A stretch of 64,000 nt of DNA, from the NCBI GenBank assembly GCA_002269645.1, contig NIVC01000696.1:62001-126000 (forward strand), given 5' to 3'. A program made the position numbers and the translations under genes. Below are positions 45,401-57,494 of the stretch, one piece after another (positions within the stretch are counted from its first letter, which is position 1; each line of letters starts with the position of its first letter). Below the pieces are notes generated by a model that saw only the letters and a list, made by a program, of their open reading frames with translations, was not told the DNA's origin and did no database searches. This stretch comes from Macrostomum lignano (Eukaryota).

Positions 45401-47087
45401 AGGCCTGTGTCACTTTCGCAGTATTGTCCATTTTAAAGTAGTTATAAAAAAGGTACTGTCATTTTGGCAAATAAAAGGTGCATATACTCACATTTCCATG
45501 AAAGTTGAGTGTCAAGGCTGCACAAATGCAGATTAGCAATGTTGGTGAATAAAATCTGCCGTCAGGCTTATAAGCCATGCCGTAGAACACTCGCAGCACA
45601 CAGTTGACATCCTCCGGCTCAGCCATCAGCAGGTCAATTTTTAATGATGGATTCGATTGCATGAATGCCAACAGCCTTTTGACGTATTGATCCATTTGTC
45701 ATCTGGTATTGTTACTCGCAACACTGTCTTCTAGGTTGTTGATAGCTTTTTCAGGGTCTTTAACGCTAGGCACGCAGTTAAACATGCCATCCAGGTCAAT
45801 ATCCTCGGGCAGCTCAAACTTGCCATCTCCATTTGACAGTTGCTAGACTAGACGCTCGTCTATTTGCTTTTCCAAAAACTGCTCCTCAGTTTGCTGTTGA
45901 AGGAGAATATCAATCTTTGATTATGACATTCCAGAAATGGCTTCTCCTGGCAGTTTCTTGTCGTCTACATAGTAGACATGCTTAGCCAGTGGCTCCATGG
46001 TCAAGTTATAGATCGCCTGATTTCTGGGCACTTAAACTTCAAACGCTCTTAAAGTTATATAGATATATGTCTATCGCTGATACCCAAAAAGTGTGCAGAT
46101 AACGGATGTCTATGGCCACGAGAGAGAATAATTTTGCGTTCGTACAATGTGTCTAACATTCAGTTTTATCGTGCATAAATGTCTATGGCACTCGTGTGCA
46201 CTCAAAACTGAATGTCAATCCTACATTGTTTCAGAGACATTGTGCAACTTGAGGGCCGACTGGAAACATGGCACACAGTAAACGATATAGTCTTCTCCCA
46301 CTGGACATACACTAACATAATGGTGCTTGAGAAGATCAGCCAAGCAAGCGTACTTCTCAGTAGACAGCACTGAGGCTCAAGCAACTGCTGGCGTAGAAAC
46401 GGATTCTGTGGCCAAAAGCCCCTGAGCTGACAGCTTTGGCAATGTAGTGCTAAGATTAGCAATTTGCTGCGACTGCTTTGCAATAAAATCACTCAGATTG
46501 GCAATCTGCTGCGAGTGCTTTGCCAGTTGCTCATTCTGCATAGCTAGCAACTTCATCATCGCTGATAGGCTGGTAGTTGAAGACTCCCACTCATTAACAC
46601 CCTCAATTCCAGATCCTCATGCAGGAAACTTCCAATGGGAAGTGCATGCGTCCTATTCCAAAGTCATGTGTCGATTCTCGTACATCAGCTACAGACATAT
46701 GATTTCTAATGTCACCAGCTCTGACTCTCCAGTGTTGTCAGGTGCATTACTTTTAGTCACTTTGGAAGCTGCTTCTTCCTGTACTATGTCATCTGTCCTG
46801 GACCACAGCAGCTGCTGCACCAGCAGACTGTCTTGCGAGGCAAACTCTGGGCACTACAGAACAGTGCCCTTGGCATCTGCATGATGGTTTGCAATGTGCC
46901 GTTTCCTCGACAACTCGTTCCCTTGGTATAATTGGCATTGCACAATGACCTTTCCAGCCCTGAGGCAATTCAAGCAGTAATGGACATTGCAAGTAACTCG
47001 CCTTTTCTTGGATGGTGGTTCATCTTTGGATGTTATAGGTCTGGTTATAGGTCTGGCTGGTTGATAGATTTTAAGAAATGTATACAT
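42426..47087 (-). pseudogene. Decayed intron-containing hAT-family transposase (ZNF862/ZMYM1-like), interrupted by a Crypton-like fragment
   Basis: N-terminal PPSKKRR and C-x2-C..H-x4-H finger. WDAAHYMNLAV corresponds to the hAT CxxHxLNL motif, and spliced SGT|EAIVETFY to the C-terminal catalytic-Glu motif. GT-AG introns at 43690-43611 and 42799-42647. Many stops and frameshifts. TIRs not found. Confidence 0.72.
45190..46200 (-). mobile_element. Crypton-like (DUF3504 family) fragment nested in the hAT gene
   Basis: 45900-45459 reads ..NNTR*QMDQYVKRLLAF..EDVNCVLRVFYGMAYKPDGRFYSPTLL with two in-frame stops, fitting the Crypton/KCTD1/ZMYM pattern NTxxQxxxxVKxF..LxxFYxxxRKxDGxxYxPxxL. Repeats GTGCAGATAA..GTCTATG occur at both ends (45225, 45300, 46093). 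Confidence 0.62.
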
Positions 47088-48755
47088 TAGTATGTGTCCT
47101 TGGCAAAGCCAAATAGCCTTATGGCCTAGTTTATTCTTTTGGTATAGTCTTTTTTTGTCTTTTTACTTTAGGCTTACCATCTAGCCTTATTTTTTAAGTG
47201 GCAAATACATCTTGGCTAGACCTCTTCTGGCTTGTTTGTGATGGCACCAAAAAAGTAATTGTTATTATTAGTATTTTTTCTAGCTATATATATATAGTAG
47301 ATGCGAGTTTATATATATAAACATATAGTTTATATATATATAGTATATATAGTTTACATATATTTGCAATATATATAAACTTCATAAATTAAGTAGCTAT
47401 AATATATAGCTAATATATTTATATTAATAAATAATATGTTAACAGTATTAATAGTCATATTATTAATAGTCACATTAATATTTATAGTAAAATATTATTG
47501 TAACAATAATATGCATCAATTTATTAAAAAAGACAAGATTATTACAAAAATAGTTAAAGTATATACTCTAAATTAAATGAAAGAAACTACAAAACACAAT
47601 ATAATATACATTTTGGAAGGTGCCAAAAACTGTATAGAGCCAAAAAAGATAGCATATTAAAGCAAGTCTAAGTATATAAGATAAGTCTAAATTCAAAAGC
47701 ATGATTGTTTACTAAATAACAAAAAAGACCTTTAAGCATTTTATCAATAAGTAGTGCTTAGACTTATCCTTGATCTACATAGGTCAACAAAAGTTATTAA
47801 GCTAAGCATAGGCAAGTTAGTTGTAAATAGAATAACTTTACGATAGCAGCATATAAATTTAGATAAAAAGAAAAATATTTAGGAATAGATATTAAACCAT
47901 TGTATCATTTTAATAAGTTTTCCCTTATGCAATCTCTTCAAAGTTTTTAAATTGAATAATAATATGCCATTCTTATTGCAATTATGTGTTATAGAGTAGG
48001 TATAGCATAGTTCATGTTCTATTATCATAATATGACATTTTAGGTTGTCTTAAACCTATTCTAAGGTAATTTTGCCTATAATTCTAATTTGAATACAATA
48101 TTCACAAGTCTATAACAAGATCAAATATATTTAAATTTATGTCCTTGGTGTAATTTTATATATAGGAGAGAAGTTCTATGGACAATATTCAATATATTTA
48201 TGGGGCCCTTAAACTACAATACAATGTATATAAAGCATATATAACATGCCTTGTACACACAGTTTTATGCTACAAGCCTGTAGCTATACTTGCGCTTAAC
48301 TCAAGTGTGTAGTAAAGGATATCCTAGCGGATAACAAAATTCTAAAGGAGTGTAGAATTTAATCTGTGTATTCACAAATTTCAAGGTTACCCTATTTGAG
48401 TTTCTCTTAAGTCATGTACTTAGTAGCTGCACACTAACAAAGCAAACTTGTGGACATTGTATTGCCCTGTTGTTGGATAGGTCGGAGTGCTGCTACAGGC
48501 TAATGCCAGAAGCGCAAACTGCTTGGAGCTGATCTTAATGTAGGGAAAAAAATTAAGGGGCTAAGGGTGGTTTTATGGCTTACTAGCTGAGCTTTTGAGG
48601 AAAAGAAGTCAGGACCAACAGATAGGAAATAGTTACTTAGTTACTAACAACTATAAAATCTGAACTTAGAAATTAATGCACATTCTTCTGCCAAGTCCAT
48701 ATTGGGCCAAAACTGCTCAACTAAACAGTCCAGTCCTTATTAGCTAATTATATAA

Positions 48756-49127
<372 letters not shown>

Positions 49128-49837
49128 TTCACCCGCCCCGCTGTTGGGCAGTCAGTTGCGCAGGGCTTCTCTGTGGAACTAATTAAATTATCACTTAATA
49201 AATATATGAATTATCTAATTAACCCGAGTTCTAACTGGTAATTTTAGCTAACTTGATACCAAGATTTGAGCTCGCTTATATCAGCACCCCTTTCATTAGT
49301 TCTCTACACACTAAACTCTTATATAGATAGTAAATTTATTTCTTCTAGCGATTAAATAATCTGATTTTTTGTTCAGCCTGGCGCAAGCTGTCCTATAGAT
49401 TGCTTGTATCAGATGAGCTGTTTTCGATTGTTATTTTTTACGTTCCAATGTTGTTAGCTGGGCTGCGAGAGACATGCTTTGTCATAATTAGAACTGTCTT
49501 CTATTTAGTTTCTGTTGGAACTCATAAAACATACTGTTTTCCTCTCTACTTACTAACATCAGTGCCGCACAATATTCAATCAGTCAACACTGCCCTCTCG
49601 AGTACTATAGTAATACTACAAAACTTCTATATTTGTGTGTGCTCGTAGTTCAAACTATATCTAACCATCCTCTGATATCTGATACTTTCAACATCGGGGA
49701 ACATCTTGCTGAGTAGTAATAATTATAAAATAAAAACTCGTTAGCAACAAATGTTTATTTTAATATGGTTGTTTTCGATCTTTCTACTTATTTCATTTTA
49801 TATATAGTAGTATTAGTAAGTTTTGTCATGGGGGTTT

Positions 49838-50062
49838 ATGACCCGTATAAAAGTGGGACTGTCACATTTTGACTATGTGACCGTTCATTGTGACACTTAG
49901 ATGTGGCAGTCAAGTGAACTGTCACATATTTGTCTGTTACATTTGAGGGTCACATTGACGGTCACATCACTATCACTCTTGACGGTCACAAGCGTGACAG
50001 GCAGTGTCACATTTTTTTGACTGTCATAAAAAATGTGACCTTCCCCCTTTTATACGGGTGAT
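49838..50062. mobile_element. MITE-like element with 33-bp imperfect TIRs
   Basis: Left ATGACCCGTATAAAAGTGGGACTGTCACATTTT versus reverse complement of right ATCACCCGTATAAAAGGGGGAAGGTCACATTTT (4 mismatches). The interior is rich in GTCACA/TGTGAC. No convincing TSD. Confidence 0.68.
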
Positions 50063-50076
50063 CAGTATGTAAATGG

Positions 50077-50205
50077 GTATGGAGGTCCATTATCAGAATG
50101 TTATTGGGCATGGGGTCCATAATCAGGAGGTTACTGGACATGGGATCCATGATCAGGATGTCATTGGGCATGGGGTCCATGATCAGGATGTTATTGGACA
50201 TGGGG
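50077..50205. repeat. 30-bp tandem repeat (about 4 copies) upstream of MDH2
   Basis: ATGTTATTGGGCATGGGGTCCATGATCAGG-like units, directly visible. Confidence 0.85.
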
Positions 50206-50272
50206 GCATAGGGATTTATCCATTACAACTTTACAACAATAAAACACTTCAGTTCTCAAAGCCAGTCGCGCA

Positions 50273-51981
50273 ATGCTCAGCCTTGCTATTCGAATGTCCT
50301 CCTCAATGGCTGCCAGGAGCTGCCGATTGCGGATCGCTTCTCGGAGCTTCTCAGTCGGCAGCCAGTTGAACAATAAGGTGACGGTGCTAGGCGCCGCAGG
50401 GGGCATCGGCCAACCGCTGTCCCTGCTTTTGAAGGAGTCGCCATTGATTAGCCAGCTGGCGTTGTACGACATCAAGGGCGTCATGGGAGTAGCCGCCGAT
50501 CTTAGTCACGTGGCCTCGCGCGCAGAGGTCACCGGATACGAGGGGCCAGATAAGCTTGAGGACTGCTTGAAGGTGCGAATGCTTTTGGTAGATTTAGTAC
50601 TCGTCACTAGCTGTTTTTGATATATAAGGCCTAGGGGCAAAAGGTAACCGTATCCTGGTCCTTCAGTCACAATTGCTCCATTCATTCATTGTGTCTGACA
50701 CCATATCCTGGTCCTTTAGTCACAATTGCTCCATTCATTCATTGTGTGTCTGACACCATATCCTGGTCCTTTAGTCACAATTGCTCCATTCATTCATTGT
50801 GTGTCTGACACCATATCCTGGTCCTTTAGTCACAATTGCTCCATTCATTCATTGTGTGTCTGACACCATATCCTGGTCCATCAGTCACAATTGCTCCATT
50901 CATTCATTGTGTCTGACACCATATCCTGGTCCTTCAGTCACAATTGCTTCATTCATTCATTGGGTGTCTGACACCATATCCTGGTCCTTCAGTCACAATT
51001 GCTCCATTCATTCATTGTGTGTCTGACACCATATCCTGGTCCTTCAGTCACAATTGCTCCATTCATTCATTGTGTGTCTGACACCATATCCTGGTCCTTC
51101 AGTCAAAAGCTCTCTATCAGAAAACTATGTAAACATTTTTGCCTGACGCGTCATCTCGTGTACTTTTAAAACTATAGCGGATAAATAGGCAAAACTCTTG
51201 CTCATATACCAGCCCGAAATCCCTCGACAACCCACAGGACAGCCAGGTGGTGGTGATCCCGGCCGGCGTGCCCCGCAAGCCGGGCATGACCCGAGATGAC
51301 CTATTCAACACAAATGCCGGCATAGTTGCCGATCTGACTAGCGCTTTTGCCACGGCCTGTCCTAAGGCCATGCTGTGCATAGTTACTAATCCGGTTAACA
51401 GCACCGTGCCAATCGCAGCCGAGGTGCTCAAACGCCGGGGCGTCTACGATCCCAGACGCCTGTTTGGTGTGACAACTTTGGACATTGTCCGAGCCAATAC
51501 GTTTGTAGCCGAGGCCAAAGGCTTGGACGTGAATAAGGTTAGCGTGCCAGTGATTGGCGGTCACAGCGGAGTGACAATTATCCCAGTGATCAGCCAGGCC
51601 GTGCCCGGGGTCAGCTTTAAAACCGCCGATCGTGAGGCGATCACAAGGCGAATTCAGAATGCCGGCACAGAGGTTGTGGAGGCCAAGGCCGGGGCCGGGT
51701 CGGCCACCCTGTCCATGGCTTTCGCCGCCGAGCGATTCGTCGTGTCGGTGCTGTCGGCCATTGACGGCAAGCGCGCCGTCATTGAGTGCGCATTCGTCGA
51801 ATCCACGGTCACCGAGGCGCCGTATTTTTCTACTCCGATTCTGCTTGGCCGCGACGGCGTTGAGGAGAACTTGGGACTCGGCAGTCTGCTTGACTATGAG
51901 GCGAAACTGCTGCAGTCTGCTATGCCCGAGCTGCTGGCTAACATTGACAAGGGAGTCAAGTTTGCCAAGGAGCGATATTAA
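50273..51981 (+). CDS. MDH2: Mitochondrial malate dehydrogenase
   Basis: Exons 50273-50572 and 51238-51981, phase 0 (AAG|GTGCGA..CCCACAG|GAC). [60 protein letters not shown] and [13 protein letters not shown] are present. AATAAA at 52109. Confidence 0.98.
50651..51107. repeat. 55-59-bp minisatellite (about 8 copies) in the MDH2 intron
   Basis: TATCCTGGTCCTTCAGTCACAATTGCTCCATTCATTCATTGTGTGTCTGACACCA units. Confidence 0.95.
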
Positions 51982-54362
51982 CGTTTAACAATAGGATTAT
52001 AGCTGACTGAATTTTTATATCCGTTTTCTGTATCACGAAAGGATGCTAAAACAGCCGCCTCGCTCTACTCTGCAGTGCAGGCAAGCAAGTCTCACAAAGG
52101 TGTATTTAAATAAAAATTTATATTGAAATGTTGCATTTTACATTTTCTAGTTAGTTATATATTTAGGTATAGGATTAGTTCCCTGGGGGAGGGTTTTTAG
52201 CCTAGTGGTTAGAGCGTCGGACACACTGATTGGATTATGATATTTCTCGTTTATTTATAACAAAATTGATATTCAATCTAGACAGGTGAAAAATGCTAAT
52301 CTGCAGTTATAGAAAACTCTTTACTGTGAGTAGGTTGAATGGCAAAATCGAATTATATTTTAGAAGGTTAAAAGGCAAAAAAACGTTATAATGTCTCATT
52401 TAAAAGGCTTTAAAAACAAGATTGTTACCTTAGAGCTCACTAAGATTATGATATAATTTATGATATAAAAGCTATTACCTATCTGTCAGACTATCACGGA
52501 TGCTAAAATAACTATATGTGCCACTCAGGCATATATACTTAAAACAGCTTTCTACTTTCACTTCAGTAGCAAAGAAGAATACATAAGCTATTTTATAAAA
52601 ATAAAGGCAGCTGAAATGACTTTGATAAGTTTAGAAGCCCAAGCTTGCAGGCGTAAACAGCTTGCTAATTGGTTCAGCAATAATGTACATTGGCCAGTCC
52701 ACTGAAATGTACATGGCAGCTTTAGGCTGGAATTATCAGAAATGCCATAAAAATTATTGAGTCAGGGTGGGGGTAGTGTGGAAAGTCACGGTTGGTGGGT
52801 TTGTGCTGGGGGATACTAATTAATAAGTGAGCCTTGGCTTTAAAAATACATTCAAATTCTTATGTTTAACTTGCTACTGAACTGAAAGTAGCTTACACGC
52901 AAATGTGCTGAGTGGCCCATCTAGTTATTCTAGAATCTTTGCTATCTATAAGGCTGTTACACTTCTAAGTTACCTTGTTAGTACTGTTTATTAAGAATTT
53001 GAAATCCAGCTAAATTTTGCTCAAACCTAGTACAGAAGAACTTGAATTATAAAAATTGAATCAATAAATTATTAATTTGACGCAATTTCATTATATTTAC
53101 TGCTAGTTTTTCAACACTTTTTTGTTGTTTTTTCATCGCACGCCATTTCGTCAAATTATGTTTTAGCAGTGTGGATGATAAAATCTGGTTCGATGGACTG
53201 TGGCAGGCTTTGTAAAGAAACGTACATAGATTTTTTGTTGACAATTTTCACACTTTCATATACTCTTTTCTGTCTCTGCATTTTTGTTAATTGTGTGGAA
53301 GAGTTTATGACAAAACTGTCATATGCGCTTGCCTATAAAAACCCCATTGCTCATAAATCTTTCATGACGAAGAAATATTAGCTAATTTGAAGCCAAATGC
53401 ACATTAAATCATCAGTCATAACAAGCACATTTATAGGTCCCTTTACTGGTGTATAAAATTTCCAACATTTACACAATGTCCCAGCATTCCCTTAAAACTA
53501 ATTGTGATTTTGTATCGCTGGGGAAAAGTCAATTGTTTTTTTAAACCGCAGGATGTCGAAACTCGAGGATTTCATTCTTAAAAAAAATTGAAGTTTAGAA
53601 ATTTGCTTATTTTTAATTTTGTGTGTTGCTGTTATTTTGCTGCAATTCTGTTTTTATTAATTCTTTAATATAAACAATCATTAGTTTTTCTTCAGTCCTA
53701 CTAATTAGTAGTATGTTCTGATTAGTTCTACTAGCTAGCTTGCACGAGTGTTCCAAGAAAATAATTCATCTTTATAAATAAAAAAATTATCAAATAGGTT
53801 TTGAGTAGCAAGACTCTTTTCTTTTCTTTTTTGTTTTGACAACCACTTATTTGCTTTTACTATTGCGTAGTTTCTAGGGCTAGCTAGTTTAATTTTGTTT
53901 TGTGTATTGTGAAACGTGCAGCAGTGGGAGATTGTGTCCAGAGTTAATGCTTACTGCAGGTGTTAAACGATAGCTGAAACAACTGATTCCTTGAGATGGT
54001 CCATAAAGTTTTTCAGAAATGAAGGTAATTTTGACTTTTGTCTCATATGCTATTTTTAGAACTTCATAACTTAGCATAGCACCAAGTGAGGATTTACCAC
54101 AGACAGTCTCAGCGAGCGTGAAAAACTGTTTCGTACTATCTATATCAATGAATGCTCTTTTGGCCATAGACATTCTCAGGCTGCCGTGCAGCTTTCAGCT
54201 TTTATTATTTCATTTCTACTTTCTACGGCATCAAATTGTGTGACTTGTATAGAATAGTTTCAAGCCAAGATTACGTAGTTACTAGGCTTAGGTAAGAATC
54301 CTTATTTATAGCCTCGGAAGAGCAACAACTAACTGCAAGCTCTACTGTAAATCAGTCCGGCC

Positions 54363-55094
54363 ATGTCAGTTGGGCCGTCACAATTAGAGTCGGCTAAACA
54401 CACATCCGACAGAGAATTTCAACAGCAATTAACTGAGGAACCTATTCGCAAGGCATTTATTCGCAAGGTTTACAGCATATTGTGCTGCCAGCTGCTGATA
54501 TCGGGCGGTTGCATTGCATTCTTCATATTCTTCGAGCCGGCCAAGAAGTTTGCTATAAAGTTTCAGTGGCTCTATATTGTGGTATTTTCTGTACTATTCG
54601 TATTCCTCATTGTTTTGTCATGCTTCGACAGTGTCAGGCGGAAGTTTCCGCTCAACTTTATTCTGCTTGGCCTGTTCACCTTGCTTCAAGGCTTTGCATT
54701 GGGCCTGGTGTCCGCTCGCTTCAAAACCGATGCTGTACTAATCGCTGTTGGGGTGACAGCTTTTGTAGTGCTTGCACTGACCATCTTTGCTTTGCAAACT
54801 AAGCTGGACTTCACTTACCTGAGCGGTATCCTGTTTGTACTAGTAATTGTACTTGTAGCATTCGGCATCCTGTGCGCTATTCTTCAATCTCGGTACCTCA
54901 CCCTGGTCTACTCGTGTCTGGGCGCTCTAATATTCAGCGTCTACTTAGTCGTTGACACTCAGCTGATGCTTGGCGGAAAGCATAAATACTCGGTGTCGCC
55001 TGAGGAATATATCTTTGCCGCTCTGAACATCTACATGGATATTGTCAATCTGTTCCTCTTTATTCTAATGCTTACTTCATCGTTTCGGGACTAA
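54363..55094 (+). CDS. Lfg: Lifeguard/TMBIM (Bax inhibitor-1 superfamily) membrane protein, copy 1, intronless
   Basis: IRKAFIRKVYSIL, RRKFPLNFILLGLFT, LTIFALQTKLDFT, YLVVDTQLMLGGKHKY..SPEEYIFAALNIYMD, with both conserved Asp residues present. Confidence 0.95.
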   Translation: MSVGPSQLESAKHTSDREFQQQLTEEPIRKAFIRKVYSILCCQLLISGGCIAFFIFFEPAKKFAIKFQWLYIVVFSVLFVFLIVLSCFDSVRRKFPLNFILLGLFTLLQGFALGLVSARFKTDAVLIAVGVTAFVVLALTIFALQTKLDFTYLSGILFVLVIVLVAFGILCAILQSRYLTLVYSCLGALIFSVYLVVDTQLMLGGKHKYSVSPEEYIFAALNIYMDIVNLFLFILMLTSSFRD

Positions 55095-55818
55095 AACTTT
55101 TGTTAAATCAATGCAGCTTTTAGTTTTACTAGAAATAGAGTATGCACCGTAACAGCGCGGGCAATGCTTACTCTTTTGCTGTAGAATTTTCATAAATCTG
55201 CATGGCTTGTTTCATAAGTTTAATAGACAGTAAATGATCGACACTATACTGTATTGAATAGCTTTCGTAAGTGTAGCAACCTCAAACTTTCATTTAGTTT
55301 CCTTTCGGTTTGCTCACCTGTTTAATAATGAACCAACCATTTCGCAATGCGGTCCTTCCATTTTTACGTAATAAATAAATGTCACGTTATGTTCTGCAAA
55401 CCCATAAGTTGCTATTGCAACATTTAAACATGGTGAATAAACTCATGAAGTTATAAGAAACATATTGAGGGAAAGGGAATGAATCACAGTTTATGAGATG
55501 GGGATTATTCAGTTATAGTTTGCAGTGTGGCTCTAAGTTAGAGTACTAATCATAGCGAAAGTCGACCCACGGACCTCCTGAACACGTACAAGGAAACTGC
55601 ACGCACTCCCACATGGTGTACAGCGGCTATGGCTTTCTCTGTCGTCAGGCATGTACACACTGCCTAAGGGGTTGGCGAGAATCGCATTAATGTGGCCTGT
55701 CCCTTCTTGACCCACCTAAAAAGCTTCGATTAAAGCATATTACAATTCGAAAGCTAAACTGGGGCTAACAAAAGTGACTCTGACTGTCATTTTTCCCAAT
55801 TTGCAGTGCCAATTGTAA

Positions 55819-56556
55819 ATGGCGGCAGCCAGCGAGCCGCAGTCGGGTGACGCGGAATCCGGCGGCCTTGTAGACAATGGCAATATGCAATTTAACGAAG
55901 AGTCTATTAGGAAAGGATTCGTGCGCAAAGTGTTCGGCATACTCACTGTACAGCTCGTGGTCACCATGGGATTTATAGCGCTGTTTGTGTTCTGCCAGCC
56001 GATTAAACAGTATGCTATACGCAATGACTGGCTGTACATCTTAGCCTTGGTGCTAACTATAATACTAGTCATTGTCCTGGCCTGTTGCGAGGATGTCAGG
56101 CGGAAGTTTCCTGTCAACTTAATCTTGTTGGGCTTGTTCACTCTGTGCGAGAGCTACATGCTAGGCAGCATCTCTGCTCGCTTCGATACTGACGCCGTGT
56201 TTATGGCTATCGGTGTCACAGTGTTCATAGTGTTCGCTCTGACTCTGTTCGCTATGCAGACTAAGATTGATTTCACCTATCTGAGCGGAATTCTGTTTGT
56301 CCTGCTCATCGCCCTGATTCTGCTTGGTCTGCTGTGCGCTATTGTGCAGAACAGGTTTGCCACCCTAGCCTATGCCTGTTTGGGAGCATTGCTGTTCAGC
56401 GTGTACCTGGTTGTGGACACCCAGATGATGCTGGGCGGCAAGCACAAGTACTCTCTGTCGCCCGAAGAGTACGTGTTTGCTGCGCTCAATCTCTACTTGG
56501 ACATTGTCAACATCTTCCTATTTATCCTTATGATTATCCAAGGAGCGAGAGGTTGA
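55819..56556 (+). CDS. Lfg: Lifeguard/TMBIM membrane protein, copy 2, intronless
   Basis: IRKGFVRKVFGIL, RRKFPVNLILLGLFT, FAMQTKIDFT, VDTQMMLGGKHKY..SPEEYVFAALNLYLD. AATAAA at 56671. Confidence 0.95.
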   Translation: MAAASEPQSGDAESGGLVDNGNMQFNEESIRKGFVRKVFGILTVQLVVTMGFIALFVFCQPIKQYAIRNDWLYILALVLTIILVIVLACCEDVRRKFPVNLILLGLFTLCESYMLGSISARFDTDAVFMAIGVTVFIVFALTLFAMQTKIDFTYLSGILFVLLIALILLGLLCAIVQNRFATLAYACLGALLFSVYLVVDTQMMLGGKHKYSLSPEEYVFAALNLYLDIVNIFLFILMIIQGARG

Positions 56557-57494
56557 CTTTTACTGTATACGGGCCTATATTAGGGTATTTTGTTCTGTTG
56601 ATTGGGTAAAAAGTTTTGTTTTTGGTTGACTTACTGATCTTCACTGCCTTCGACAGATGGAACGTATTTAAATAAATATTTTCTTAGATTCAGAATTACA
56701 AAAATTGATGAGGAATCTCAGCCATACCTTTACAGCGGCAAACAAATTGTCAAGTTGTTAGTTCTGCTGTTAGATTAAAGCCTACTAGAAAATTGAATAT
56801 AATTTATTTTAACTTAAGCTGCACTGGTTCCTGTCGGGCTATTGTTTCTAGTCTGCAATGCTTGGTCATTGGTTTTGTCATTCTGAAGTTTTCTATTTAA
56901 AGGCTACCAATTGTTGTAATAACGCTTTCTCCTTGATAAATTTAAATGTCTTCCCGTATACTGGTGGCCAATTGTGTAATGCTTTTAACAGTTTTATGAT
57001 TTCAGTAGTAAAATGCGTATTTTTTTATTACAATATGACAATTTTTAATCGTGGTGCCGGTTCCTATCGCGCTATGCACATATACCGACTTTACAGCTAG
57101 ACATAAAGGCTTATTAGGCATGAATTAGTAGTTCCTCAATCCTTATCTGATCTGCTGATCAGAAGATATATGAGTCCTCTTAATCGGAATCTGAAAGCTC
57201 TATTGAGATACCCTATGCGAAAGTATTTTTTCGGTGGCCGTTGCTATGTAGTTTTATTATTTTTTTATTCATTGCGTCGTGTTTTTCCTATTCAGTGATA
57301 GCATAAATTTTTAGCACAAATATATAAACTGATTATACACTTAAACTGCTTCTGCTCCTGTATTGGTCTTTTGCCTTCTTATTGCTATAAGTTTTGGCTA
57401 GCAGCAGGAGTAAGCTACTTAGTAAGTAGTGTAGATGTATCTATGGAGACCGAAGTTTAGAGTAGAACAATGCTGACTCAATCTAAAGCAATGA

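Noticed and set aside
40700-48700. Search for terminal inverted repeats and TSD of the large hAT element
   Set aside because: Only a 10-bp inverted match (AGCCTGTAGC near 48276 / GCTACAGGCT near 48491) was found, which does not bracket the gene. No boundaries are claimed.
53889-54173. 94-aa minus-strand ORF with a P-loop-like AETVCGKS
   Set aside because: The short pattern arises often by chance, there is no Walker B or other NTPase context, and the ORF lies antisense in the Lfg-1 upstream region.
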